Position numbers and translations under genes: made by a program. From positions 64,001-128,000 of the forward strand of contig CAWEEQ010000001.1 of the NCBI GenBank assembly GCA_963808235.1: 64,000 nt of DNA, given 5' to 3'. The notes beneath the pieces are model-generated. The model saw only the letters and a program-made list of their open reading frames with translations. It was not told the origin of the DNA and searched no databases. Origin of the DNA: an uncultured delta proteobacterium (GTDB lineage Bacteria; Desulfobacterota; Binatia; Binatales; Binataceae). Numbering within the stretch: the stretch's first letter is position 1; each line of letters begins with the position of its first letter. Positions 20,928 to 30,722 of this stretch are shown here, piece by piece.

Positions 20928-21931
20928 TGCTGGGGCGCGCATTCCGCTTGATCGCGACGCTGATGTTGTCGGCGATCGTCGTCGCGGCAGTCGCCTGGGC
21001 GGTGATGGCAATCTGGATCGACGGGCCGCATTCGCGCATCCTTGCGGCGCCGATGGCCGCTGGACTGGCCATTGTCAGCATCATCCTTGCGGCGATCGTT
21101 CGCCCATTGCCGAGAGGTCTTGTGGTTGCGCTATTTCCGGTGATCGTCGTCGCGCTTTGGTGGACCTCGATGCCGCCGAGCAATACGCGCGACTGGACTC
21201 CTGACGTAGCCCGCACATCGCGCGCAACTTTTCACGGCAGCCGTGTGACGATCGAGAACCTTCGAAATTTCAACTACCGATCCGAAGCCGACTACGATCA
21301 GCGCTGGGAGACGGGGACCTACGACCTCGATCGGATCAAAGGCGTGGACCTGTTTCTATCGTTCTGGGGACCGACTGAAATCGCGCATACGATCGTGAGC
21401 TGGGATTTCGAGGATGGCCAACACCTCGCCATCTCGATCGAGACTCGCAAAGAGAAGGGCGAATCCTACTCTGCACTTCGTGGGTTCTTCCACCAGTACG
21501 AGCTCTACTACGTAGTCGCCGACGAACGCGATCTGATCGGATTAAGAACCAACTACCGCGGCGAGCAAGTTTATCTGTACCGTCTCCGCGCTGGTCCCGG
21601 GCAGGCGAGGGCGTTGCTGGTCGACTACCTCGAGGAAGTGAATCGCCTGGCAGACCGTCCTGAGTGGTACAACGGATTGACCCGGAACTGCACGACGACA
21701 ATTCGAGGCCATGCGCAAAACGTCGGCGCCACGGGCAATCTCGACTGGCGGATGCTCGCTAACGGGCACCTTGATGAACTCCTCTACGAGCGCGGCCAGA
21801 TCGACACGAGCGTGCCGTTCGCAGATCTTCGAGCGCGCAGCAACATCACAGAAAAAGCAAAAGCCGCCGACGACTCTCCAGATTTTTCCGCCCGCATCCG
21901 CGAGGGACTACCCGCAAACCGCGGCTCCTAA
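20927..21931 (+). CDS. DUF4105 domain membrane protein
   Basis: 3 N-terminal TMs, RNFNYR, AHTIVSWDF, ISIETRKE, YNGLTRNCTT; TGATG coupling to the hydrolase. Confidence 0.85.
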   Translation: MLGRAFRLIATLMLSAIVVAAVAWAVMAIWIDGPHSRILAAPMAAGLAIVSIILAAIVRPLPRGLVVALFPVIVVALWWTSMPPSNTRDWTPDVARTSRATFHGSRVTIENLRNFNYRSEADYDQRWETGTYDLDRIKGVDLFLSFWGPTEIAHTIVSWDFEDGQHLAISIETRKEKGESYSALRGFFHQYELYYVVADERDLIGLRTNYRGEQVYLYRLRAGPGQARALLVDYLEEVNRLADRPEWYNGLTRNCTTTIRGHAQNVGATGNLDWRMLANGHLDELLYERGQIDTSVPFADLRARSNITEKAKAADDSPDFSARIREGLPANRGS

Positions 21932-22432
21932 TCCGCACGCAGACTGTTCAAGACTCCGCTCGTGCTAATGAGTCCGACTTTCATGATGCTTTCGAGCGTG
22001 CCGACCCCAGGAGAAAGCCCACACGGCGGAACCTGTTTCTGGGGGGAGGGGGACAGAAAGCGGTGCTCCGGCCGTGTGGGCGATTGTTTTCGGCACAATG
22101 ACTCAAAATCGACGCCGTCTCCGCTTCGAAAGGCGTGAGAAGTGACCGCACAAATGAACCGGAGACGTGTGTCTTGATCGGAAAAGAGCGCGGGCAAGGA
22201 CCGTGCCGAGACCAAATCTACCGCTCTGTGTGCGACCGGGCCGCTCATCATTCGCCGATCTTGTCAGCAAAGCGCCAAAGGAGCATCTTGATCTTCGCGA
22301 ACCAAGTCATCTTGGGAACGTCGGCCAGCATCGGCCCTTACTGACGCCCCAATAACACTGTCGGCTGCATTTGCAGATAGCGTCGGCGGATTCGTCGCCG
22401 CCCGTTGGTCTCTGGTAGGAATTGGGGGCGAG

Positions 22433-23902
22433 ATGGTCGTTACCGGAACATACGATCCCTACCTCGTTGCGCTGTCCATCTTGGTCGCCTGCTTCGCGTC
22501 TTATACCGCCCTCGATCTCAGTGGGCACGTTGGACCCGCGCGGGGATTTGGGCGTCGCGTGTGGCTGGTGGCTGCCGCGTTCACAATGGGCGGCGGAATA
22601 TGGTCGATGCACTTCGTCGCCATGCTCGCGTTCATCATGCCGACACCGATGTCCTACGACATCGGATTGACCATCCTTTCGCTGGTGGTGGCGATCTTCG
22701 TAACCGGCGTCAGCTTTTACGTCATTAGTCGCCGGGGCTCGACTCCGCAACGCCTCGTTCTTAGCGGTATATTCATGGGACTTGGCATTGCCGGGATGCA
22801 TTACACCGGCATGGCGGCAATGCGGGGGCACGTCGAACTCAGCTACGACCGGCTATTCGTAGCGCTCTCCATAGTCATAGCGATCGGCGCGTCGACGGTG
22901 GCACTATGGGTGGCATTCCGAACCACAGATCTTGGGCAAAAGCTCGTGGCCGCGATGGTCATGGGCTTGGCTATTTCCGGCATGCACTACACCGGAATGA
23001 GAGCGGCCATTTTTACCGCTCACGGCCCGGTTCACGAGGCCCAGGTAGACGCAGTAGACGCGAGTATTGATCAAACCAACCTGGCGCTGGCGATTGCCGG
23101 CATTACATTTGTCATGCTGGCCTTCGCGTCGGTCGCCTCCCTCTTCGAGCGTCAGCGCGCCGAAGAAGCACTTCGTCAGGCGCAAGCTGAACTCGCGCAC
23201 GTCACCCGCGTCATGACTCTGGGAGAGCTAACCGCCTCAATCTCCCACGAAGTCAATCAGCCGATCGCCGCGATCGTCACCAACGGCCAGATTTGCCTGC
23301 GATTGCTCGGGCTCGAAACGCCACGACCAGACGACATGCGAGCCACCGTCGAGCGCATCGTCAGGGACGGCAATCGAGCGAGCGAGGTGATCCAGCGGAT
23401 TCGTGCACTCGCCAAAAGAAGCGAGCCGCAGATGGTATCGCTGGATATCAACGACGTCATCCACGAGGCTGTCCTCCTGGTGCGGCGTGAGGTGCTCAGC
23501 CATGGGGTGTCTCTGCGGACGGAACTCGCATCCGGATTGCCACATGTTCTCGGCGATCGGGTCCAGCTGCAGCAAGTGGTTATCAACCTATTGATAAACG
23601 GCGTTGAAGCAATGGCGCCAATCACCGATCGGCCCCATGTGATCCTTATTCGATCGCAGCTGCACGAAACCGGTCAGGTGTATGTGGCGGTCCAGGACTC
23701 CGGCATCGGGATTGACTCCAAGACCGCAGAAAAGCTGTTCAGCGCTTTTTTCACCACCAAGCCAAGCGGCATGGGAATGGGACTGTCGATCAGCAATTCG
23801 ATCATCAGGGCCCACGGTGGCAGATTGTGGGCATCGCCAAACCCGGATCACGGCGCGGCTTTTCAATTCACCGTACCGACCAGCGGCCAGGGCTTATCGT
23901 GA
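22433..23902 (+). CDS. MHYT-domain sensor histidine kinase
   Basis: MHFV/MHYT/MHYT repeats; H-box ISHEVNQP; N, G1 (DSGIG), F (FFTTK) and G2 (GMGMGL) boxes. Confidence 0.93.
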   Translation: MVVTGTYDPYLVALSILVACFASYTALDLSGHVGPARGFGRRVWLVAAAFTMGGGIWSMHFVAMLAFIMPTPMSYDIGLTILSLVVAIFVTGVSFYVISRRGSTPQRLVLSGIFMGLGIAGMHYTGMAAMRGHVELSYDRLFVALSIVIAIGASTVALWVAFRTTDLGQKLVAAMVMGLAISGMHYTGMRAAIFTAHGPVHEAQVDAVDASIDQTNLALAIAGITFVMLAFASVASLFERQRAEEALRQAQAELAHVTRVMTLGELTASISHEVNQPIAAIVTNGQICLRLLGLETPRPDDMRATVERIVRDGNRASEVIQRIRALAKRSEPQMVSLDINDVIHEAVLLVRREVLSHGVSLRTELASGLPHVLGDRVQLQQVVINLLINGVEAMAPITDRPHVILIRSQLHETGQVYVAVQDSGIGIDSKTAEKLFSAFFTTKPSGMGMGLSISNSIIRAHGGRLWASPNPDHGAAFQFTVPTSGQGLS

Positions 23903-24543
23903 AGGACGCCGACGCTGTCGTCTTCGTGGTCGACGATGATTCGTCGATTCGGGAGGCCATCAAGAATCTCATCAGCTTGGAGGGACTACGTGTCGAGGCT
24001 TTCGGAACCGCGCAAGAATTTCTGCGAAGCGAGCGACCGGACGCGCCCGGATGCGTGGTGCTCGATGTGGAGCTACCCGGCTTGAGCGGCCTCGATCTGC
24101 AGAGCGAACTTGCCGCGCATGGGATCAAACTTCCGATCATCTTCATCACCGGTTACGGCGACGTCCCGATGTCGGTGCGCGCCATGAAAGCTGGGGCGCT
24201 GGAATTCCTTACCAAGCCCTTCCGCGATCAGGATCTTCTGAACGCGATTTATCAAGCCCTTGAGCGCGACCGCGCCCAGCGCGAGCACTCCAGGGAAATT
24301 ACGGAACTGCGCGAGCGTTTCGAGGCGCTGACATCACGCGAGAGAGAAGTGATGAGTCTGGTCGTAGCCGGCTGGCTCAACAAGCAAATCGGCTTCGAGT
24401 TGGAGATCAGCGAGATCACAGTCAAAATTCATCGTGGCCGGGTTATGAATAAAATGGGCGCACAGTCGCTGGCCGAGCTGGTCCGGATGACAGAAAGGCT
24501 TGAGATCCCGAAGGCCAAGGATCAATCCGCCAAAAGCAGGTAA
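23899..24543 (+). CDS. FixJ/NodW-type response regulator (REC + LuxR HTH)
   Basis: VVDDD, VLD, FLTKP, LTSREREV...NKQI...TVKIHRGRVM; GTGA overlap with the kinase. Confidence 0.93.
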   Translation: MKDADAVVFVVDDDSSIREAIKNLISLEGLRVEAFGTAQEFLRSERPDAPGCVVLDVELPGLSGLDLQSELAAHGIKLPIIFITGYGDVPMSVRAMKAGALEFLTKPFRDQDLLNAIYQALERDRAQREHSREITELRERFEALTSREREVMSLVVAGWLNKQIGFELEISEITVKIHRGRVMNKMGAQSLAELVRMTERLEIPKAKDQSAKSR

Positions 24544-24612
24544 TACCAACGTATAACTAGTTTTCGATCCGCGGGCGGGAATACATTTCCTTTCGGAAGT
24601 TGATTTCCCGCT

Positions 24613-24996
24613 ATGAACGCTCCGAAAAAAAATACTTCCCAGGCGCTCATCGCGATCGTCGACGACGATCAATCTTTCCGCGAAGCTCTCGGGACTTTGC
24701 TGAAGTTGATCGGGTTCCGTACGGCGATCTTCGCCTCGGCCCGCAATTTTCTCAACTCCCCTCAATTTCGAAACGTGTCCTGCGCGATCCTCGACGTCTC
24801 CATGCCTGAGATGGACGGCCTCGAGCTGCAACGGCATCTGGTCGCGAAGCATCCCATCCCCATCATCTTCATCACGGATCTCCGGGACGCAAAGACACGA
24901 GAGCAGGCCGTGCAGGCGGGAGCGATTAGCTTCTTGAACAAGCCTGTTAGCGAAGAGACTTTGATCGACGCTCTGAACTCGGCGCTTCGCGCCTGA
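24613..24996 (+). CDS. single-domain response regulator
   Basis: IVDDD, ILDVSMPEMDG, FIT, FLNKP. Confidence 0.9.
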   Translation: MNAPKKNTSQALIAIVDDDQSFREALGTLLKLIGFRTAIFASARNFLNSPQFRNVSCAILDVSMPEMDGLELQRHLVAKHPIPIIFITDLRDAKTREQAVQAGAISFLNKPVSEETLIDALNSALRA

Positions 24997-25095
24997 AGAG
25001 TAACGAGACTGGCGGCATCGATGGGTTAAGCGTCCGAGAAAATCCGCGCACTGGGCCTCCTGCTTGGACGCCTTGCAACAGGAGAGGGCAATCGG

Positions 25096-28000
25096 ATGGA
25101 AACGCAGACTCAGCATCGTGAAGCTGTCGAAACCGATGTGGCAACCTTCCAAAGCGCCTCCTTGCCCGAGCAAGCGATCTTCCGCAAAGAGGGCGAGTAC
25201 TGGACTATAGGCTACAGCAGGAACTCCTTTCGTCTGAAGGACACCAAGGGACTCGGGTACCTCGCCCATCTGCTGCGTCATCCCGGGGTCGAATTTCACG
25301 TGCTCGATCTGGCCGGGGGAATCGCGGGCCAGCGCGATGATGACGAAACCGGTCAGTCCGCGCGCGGCTTGCAGCGCGGCGATGAGGATCTCGAAAAGGC
25401 CGGCATTCATATCACGAGTCTGGGTGACGCGGGCGAGATGCTCGACGAGCAGGCCAAGGCCGAGTACCGGCGCAGACTCTCCGAGTTGCGCGAAGAACTG
25501 GAGGAGGCGAAGGGACTCGGAAACGTCGAGCGCGCAGAGCAGGCAGAACAAGAGATCGACGCGCTCACCTCTGAACTATCGCGCGCAGTGGGACTCGGTG
25601 GACGGAGTCGCCGGGCATCGTCAGCTTCGGAACGGGCCCGGCAGAGCATCGCCAAAACGATCAAGTCGGTGCTGGACAGAATCGCGCAGCGCGATGCGAT
25701 GCTGGGGGATTTTTTGTCGCGATCCATAAGGACGGGCAACTTCTGCTCTTACCAGCCTGATCCTGATTTTTCGATTGCGTGGAAATTCGACGCGACGGTT
25801 GTTGAGTCAGAGCAGCCCGGTTCGAGCGGCGATCCGGCTCCAGCGCGCGCCGATCACCCGCCGGTCGGGCCCGTGATACTAGAGGTTTCGCCCGCCTCGC
25901 TGGCGGAACGAACTGCGTTTGTGGGGCGCGAAGCTGAAGGCAATGCAATTCGCGCGGTCATCGATCGCGCGCTCGGCGGCCAGGGAGCAGTGGTCATGCT
26001 CGGGGGCGGGCCTGGCGTGGGCAAGAGCCGGCTGGCGATGGAGATGGCGGACTATGCGTCGCGGGTGGGCTTCATGTGCCGCGTCGGGCACTGCTATGAA
26101 AGAGACGAGCCGGTTCCTTTTCTACCCTTCGTCGAGATCATCGAAAGCGGTCTGGCTCAAGCGGCGAGCCTAGATGACTTTCGTCGGCGAATGGGGGATA
26201 GCGCGCCCGAACTGGCTCAGATCGTTCCGAGCCTTCGGCGCGTTTTTCCGGATATTCCGCCACCATTGGATCTGCCGCCCGCGCAGAGACGCCGCTATCT
26301 TTTCCAAAGCATCTCGGAAGGACTGGGCCGCGCAGCTCGAACCCGTTCGTGCGTCTTCATACTCGAAGACCTTCATTGGGCCGACGAATCGACGCTGGCG
26401 CTCCTGATTCATCTGGCCAATCGCGTTGCCCAACTCCCAGTCGTAATTATCGGGACCTACCGCAGCGAATATTCGGATACCAATCCGGCGTTGGTCAGAA
26501 CTCTGGAAGAGCTGATTCGGATGGGTGTCCGTCCGATGAAACTGGGCGGTCTCTCAAAGGACGCTATCGCGCAGATGCTCGATGGCCTTAGCGAGCGCCA
26601 GGCTCCCGAAAGTCTGGTGAGTCTCATCTACGAGGAAAGCCAGGGATTTCCATTCTTCGTCGAGGAGGTGTACCGGCATCTGGTCGAAGAGGGAAAGGTC
26701 TTCGATGCGGCCGGCGAGTTCCGCAACGACATCAAGATTGCCGAGACCGACGTGCCGGAAAACGTACGGTTGATCATCGGCCGCCGCCTGGAGCGGCTCG
26801 ACGAGAATGAAAAGCACGCGCTGGCGGCTGCCGCACTGATCGGGCGCAGTTTCAGCTTTCGACTCTTGACTGCGGTCAGCCAAATCGACGTTGATGAACT
26901 CTTCACTGCCATCGAGAAGGCGCAGCAGATGGGAATTATCATCTCCAGCGCCGAGGGACCGGAGCGACCGTTCACCTTCGCCCACGAACTCGTCCGCCAG
27001 ACGCTACTTGCAACCATCTCGGGTCCTCGACGACAGCAACTGCACGCCGGCGTAGCGGACGCGATCGAGCGGCTCTATCCCGATGCCGTCAGCGAGCATG
27101 CCGGAGACATCGCGAACCATCTACTCAAGGCCGGATCGTTCGGTGACGGCGGAAAATTGGTCCACTATCTGACGCTGGCTGGCAAGGGTGCACTTGAGGC
27201 TGCGGCATTTGAAGAAGCGCGCCGCAGTTTCCGGACCGCTCTGTCGCACCCAGGCGCCGTTGACAAGGGGGTAAGGACTGAACTGCTGGGGAGCCTTGCG
27301 ATGGCAGAGCGAGGACTTGATCGATGGGACATGGTGGTGGCCAATCTCCATGAGGCGCTCGATATCTACGTCCATCTCGGCGATCGAAAGACAATCGTGA
27401 GGACCGTCAACGAGTTAACCGAGGCGCTTTTCTGGGTCGGTCGGTTCCAGGAAGCAATCGAAACAGCTCAGCGCGGGCTTACGTACCTTCCGGAAGGTGT
27501 TAGCGTTGACCGGGCGCGTCTTTTCGCTACCCTCGGGCAGGCCCGCGCCGCGGCCGGAGAGTATGAGCCGGCGAGCGAGGCGCTGCGCGAGGCGCTGAGC
27601 ATCGCCTCGCAGCTCTCGAATTCGAAGCTCGTAGCCGGATTGCTCGGTGCACGGACCGTAGTAAATTTCCATTTCTTTCGCTTGAAAGAGGCAGCCGCAG
27701 ACGGCTTCCGCAGCGAACAACTGGGTGGATCGGACCTGCCTCCCTGGCTGCGCGCCCTACAGTTGCTTTCCCTGCATCTGGCATTGCTGGATCTTGGGCG
27801 CCTGGAAGAGGCGCTGAGAATCGCGGACGACCTTGAACCGCTGGCGAGGAAAATTGGGCACTCTCTCTCGGTCGCGTTCTGCCTTAGCACGCGAGCTTGG
27901 ATGGATTTTGGTGGAACGCCGGACCTGGCCAAGCTGGAAGCCGGCTTTCAGCGAGTGCGGAAATCTGATCAGGAGGCATCGTTTGCCCTCCTGGAAGTTC

Positions 28001-28650
28001 TGTCCGAGGCGCAACTAAGTCTGCTGGATTTCTTTCGCGGAAACTGGACCAGCGCTCTGTTGCATGCCCAAGCCTCGCGCCGCCCCGGGCCGGGGAGGTC
28101 TATGGAGGGGTTCGGCGTCGGAACCCTTTTTCGACAGCTGACTTATGCAGGCGATCGCAGGGGCGCGCTTGCAATCCTTGATGAAAAGCGCGCGCTTCTG
28201 CCTCGTAGCGGCCAGCCGAACAGCATAGGTGCGTGGTGGATGCTCGCGCTGGTGATTGAAGGCCTCGTCATGCTCGGCGAACAATCGCGAGCCGCGGAGC
28301 TTCACCCACTTGCTTGTGAGTTAATGGCCACTGGAGCGGTGGTGCTATGGCCGATTTACCGCTTCACGCATACGATTGCGGGTCTCGCCGCGGCAGCGGC
28401 GCATCAATGGGAAGCCGCTGAAGATCATTTTCAGACCGCGATGCAACAGGCTGAGTCCTTTCCCGACCGCCTCGAACAAACTGACATCCGCCGCTTCCAC
28501 GCAATGATGCTACTTGATCGCGCCGCTCTGGGTGATCGCAAAAAGGCGCAAACGTTGCTCCGCGAAGCGCTGAAGACCTACACGGAGATTGGAATGCCCA
28601 GGCACATCGAGATGACACAGACTCTCCTCGGCCAGGCCACTGGCGCATAG
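25096..28650 (+). CDS. STAND-type AAA ATPase with TPR-like C-terminus and N-terminal putative DNA-binding/helical domain
   Basis: FVGREAE, Walker A GGPGVGKS, Walker B FILEDLHWAD, GFPFF, FAHELVR; helical repeats afterwards. Confidence 0.85.
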   Translation: METQTQHREAVETDVATFQSASLPEQAIFRKEGEYWTIGYSRNSFRLKDTKGLGYLAHLLRHPGVEFHVLDLAGGIAGQRDDDETGQSARGLQRGDEDLEKAGIHITSLGDAGEMLDEQAKAEYRRRLSELREELEEAKGLGNVERAEQAEQEIDALTSELSRAVGLGGRSRRASSASERARQSIAKTIKSVLDRIAQRDAMLGDFLSRSIRTGNFCSYQPDPDFSIAWKFDATVVESEQPGSSGDPAPARADHPPVGPVILEVSPASLAERTAFVGREAEGNAIRAVIDRALGGQGAVVMLGGGPGVGKSRLAMEMADYASRVGFMCRVGHCYERDEPVPFLPFVEIIESGLAQAASLDDFRRRMGDSAPELAQIVPSLRRVFPDIPPPLDLPPAQRRRYLFQSISEGLGRAARTRSCVFILEDLHWADESTLALLIHLANRVAQLPVVIIGTYRSEYSDTNPALVRTLEELIRMGVRPMKLGGLSKDAIAQMLDGLSERQAPESLVSLIYEESQGFPFFVEEVYRHLVEEGKVFDAAGEFRNDIKIAETDVPENVRLIIGRRLERLDENEKHALAAAALIGRSFSFRLLTAVSQIDVDELFTAIEKAQQMGIIISSAEGPERPFTFAHELVRQTLLATISGPRRQQLHAGVADAIERLYPDAVSEHAGDIANHLLKAGSFGDGGKLVHYLTLAGKGALEAAAFEEARRSFRTALSHPGAVDKGVRTELLGSLAMAERGLDRWDMVVANLHEALDIYVHLGDRKTIVRTVNELTEALFWVGRFQEAIETAQRGLTYLPEGVSVDRARLFATLGQARAAAGEYEPASEALREALSIASQLSNSKLVAGLLGARTVVNFHFFRLKEAAADGFRSEQLGGSDLPPWLRALQLLSLHLALLDLGRLEEALRIADDLEPLARKIGHSLSVAFCLSTRAWMDFGGTPDLAKLEAGFQRVRKSDQEASFALLEVLSEAQLSLLDFFRGNWTSALLHAQASRRPGPGRSMEGFGVGTLFRQLTYAGDRRGALAILDEKRALLPRSGQPNSIGAWWMLALVIEGLVMLGEQSRAAELHPLACELMATGAVVLWPIYRFTHTIAGLAAAAAHQWEAAEDHFQTAMQQAESFPDRLEQTDIRRFHAMMLLDRAALGDRKKAQTLLREALKTYTEIGMPRHIEMTQTLLGQATGA

Positions 28651-28903
28651 CACCGCGATCTGGAGTCTGCTTGATGCGGGCTTGTCAGCGCCGTCGCGCA
28701 TCGGGCTGCAAATCCGATAAAGAACGCGCGCAGCGCAAGGCCAACCCCACGATTGCGCGCGCGGCGGCACCGATGCCGTTGAAGACAGGCAATTCCAAAA
28801 GAGTTTATTCTGGTCTTAGCCTTTCTCCTCGGAAATCAGCGGACTGACCCAACGGAATTGCACAATGCGACAAATTTCGCGAAACGCGAGCTCGTCCGAG
28901 TCC

Positions 28904-28925
28904 TTGACTTTAGTTAGCAACTAAA
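28904..28925 (+). promoter_or_regulatory. MarR operator overlapping a putative -35 element
   Basis: TTGACT 28904-28909; inverted repeat TTTAGTT-AGC-AACTAAA 28909-28925 just upstream of marR. Confidence 0.7.
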
Positions 28926-28963
28926 CTATTTATGGCATAACTATCGCATTGGAGATAATCGTC

Positions 28964-29512
28964 ATGCCCAAACACCCGCGAACAGACCGTGAATCGCTCG
29001 CTGCGTTGTTGGCGCAGAGCGAACGAAAGCCTTCCATTGTTGCAACGAAAGCGCTGATCAGGGCGGCATTTCTCTTTACCGACAGCCCGGACCGGCCGTA
29101 CCGGGCATTCGGTCTGAGCCTCTCAGAGGTGGACGTACTCGGCGCGATTGCGCGGGCTGAGCGCATGGCCCTCACCTGCTCCGACATTGCGGACGCAACC
29201 TTGATCACGAAAGGCGGCATCACCGGAATTCTCGACCGGCTCGAAGCCCGCAGATTGGTGGAGCGCGCGCCCTCACGCGACGATCGTCGCAGCATCACGA
29301 TTCAGCTCACTGAAAAAGGCGTTGATGTCTGCCACGACCTGTTTTCGAAGCTGGCCCGCAACGATGAGGAAGTCTTCGCGAAAGCTCTTAAACCCGATCA
29401 GATCAAACAGTTCTGCAAGCTGATTACCATGCTCGTTCGCAGTTTCGAAGTTGATACTCACGCGACACGAGTCGGCGCATCGGAGGCGATGCATGGACAC
29501 GAACGAATTTGA
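28964..29512 (+). CDS. MarR family transcriptional regulator
   Basis: GLSLSEVDVL, ITGILDRLEARRLVER, DDRR...LTEKG; GGAG RBS. Confidence 0.9.
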   Translation: MPKHPRTDRESLAALLAQSERKPSIVATKALIRAAFLFTDSPDRPYRAFGLSLSEVDVLGAIARAERMALTCSDIADATLITKGGITGILDRLEARRLVERAPSRDDRRSITIQLTEKGVDVCHDLFSKLARNDEEVFAKALKPDQIKQFCKLITMLVRSFEVDTHATRVGASEAMHGHERI

Positions 29513-30722
29513 CCATACTCGCGAGACGCTCCCGAACCAGGACTCAGACGAAACCTCCGACCGCGAGGCTTCTTCCCTGGAATCAGCAGATGATTTTGGC
29601 CGGCGGATTCGAGAGCTGAGGCTTCAACTCGAGCGATTGGAGGCGTTCCAGCGCGCCCCGAAATCAAACGCACCGGAGCGGGCCGAAGAGCAGCCGGATC
29701 AAGCGGAAGAGATCGACCAGCCAGACAATCCAGCCGGGTCTCAGCAGCCGCGTCGCTGGAGGCCGGCCCGAATCGCTCTTGCGTTAGTTCTCACGGCCAT
29801 TTTGTTCGTCGCTGGATACCACTTCTGGAATTACCTCGAATCGTACCAGGACACGGATGATGCAGAGGTCGATGGATATCTCGATCCCATCAGCTCGCGG
29901 ATCAACGGGACGATCAACGCAGTCTACGTCGACAACAATCAATCGGTTAAAGTGGGCCAGCTTCTCGTCCAGCTCGATCCCAGCGACTACCAGGTAGCCT
30001 TGGAGCAAGCCCGCGCGCAGCTCTCTCAAGCGCAAGCCGATCTCAATTCGACTCGGCAGCAGTATGTTTCGGCGCTCGCGACGGTTCGCCAGGACGAAGC
30101 ACAGAATTACCTCGCGCAACGAAATGCGCAGCGCTATTCGCAGCTGATCAAGCAAGAGATTGTTTCCCAGTCGGAATATGACCAGTACGACGCGACCGCG
30201 CGCGCCCAGGATGCCACCGTCAAACGCGATCAAGCCACGGCCGCAGGTGCTCAGCGCACCATCGCTTCCAGGGAAGCCCAGGTAAAGCAGGCTCAGGCCA
30301 ACCTCGATCAGGCGGCCCTGAACCTCAGCTATACACGCATCGTCGCACCGGCTGACGGAATCATCGGCAATCGAAGCAGTCAGCTCGGTCAACGCGTGCA
30401 ACCCGCACAGAGCCTCATGGCGTTGACCCAGCACCAGTTCTGGGTAACCGCAAATTTCAAGGAAACCCAGCTCGCCCGGATGCGTCCGGGTCAGCCGGTC
30501 ACGATTCATGTCGATGCGCTCGGGCGCGACTATAAAGGCCACGTCGAAAACATGCCCGGCGCGACGGGATCGCTTTACGACCTGCTTCCGCCGGAAAACG
30601 CGACCGGCAACTATGTAAAGATCGTGCAGCGGCTGCCGGTACGAATCCTCTTTGACGGTGGCCAGGATCTTTCGCAACTGCGGCCCGGAATGTCAGTGGA
30701 GCCAGAGGTATGGCTGCGCTAA
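29493..30722 (+). CDS. emrA: HlyD/EmrA family efflux periplasmic adaptor
   Basis: TDDA, VTANFKETQL, LLPPENATGNYVKIVQRLPVRI. Confidence 0.9.
   Translation: MDTNEFDHTRETLPNQDSDETSDREASSLESADDFGRRIRELRLQLERLEAFQRAPKSNAPERAEEQPDQAEEIDQPDNPAGSQQPRRWRPARIALALVLTAILFVAGYHFWNYLESYQDTDDAEVDGYLDPISSRINGTINAVYVDNNQSVKVGQLLVQLDPSDYQVALEQARAQLSQAQADLNSTRQQYVSALATVRQDEAQNYLAQRNAQRYSQLIKQEIVSQSEYDQYDATARAQDATVKRDQATAAGAQRTIASREAQVKQAQANLDQAALNLSYTRIVAPADGIIGNRSSQLGQRVQPAQSLMALTQHQFWVTANFKETQLARMRPGQPVTIHVDALGRDYKGHVENMPGATGSLYDLLPPENATGNYVKIVQRLPVRILFDGGQDLSQLRPGMSVEPEVWLR

Noticed and set aside
24334-25551. 405-aa antisense ORF, and similar long shadow ORFs (e.g. 3212-4312, 19365-20513, 10635-11690)
   Set aside because: They overlap well-supported genes, have no motifs, and are expected in high-GC DNA.
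28933-28948. TGGCAT-N5-TCGCA sigma54-like promoter before marR
   Set aside because: Spacing is correct, but the TSS would fall downstream of the GGAG RBS; the sigma70-type -35 with operator explains the region better.
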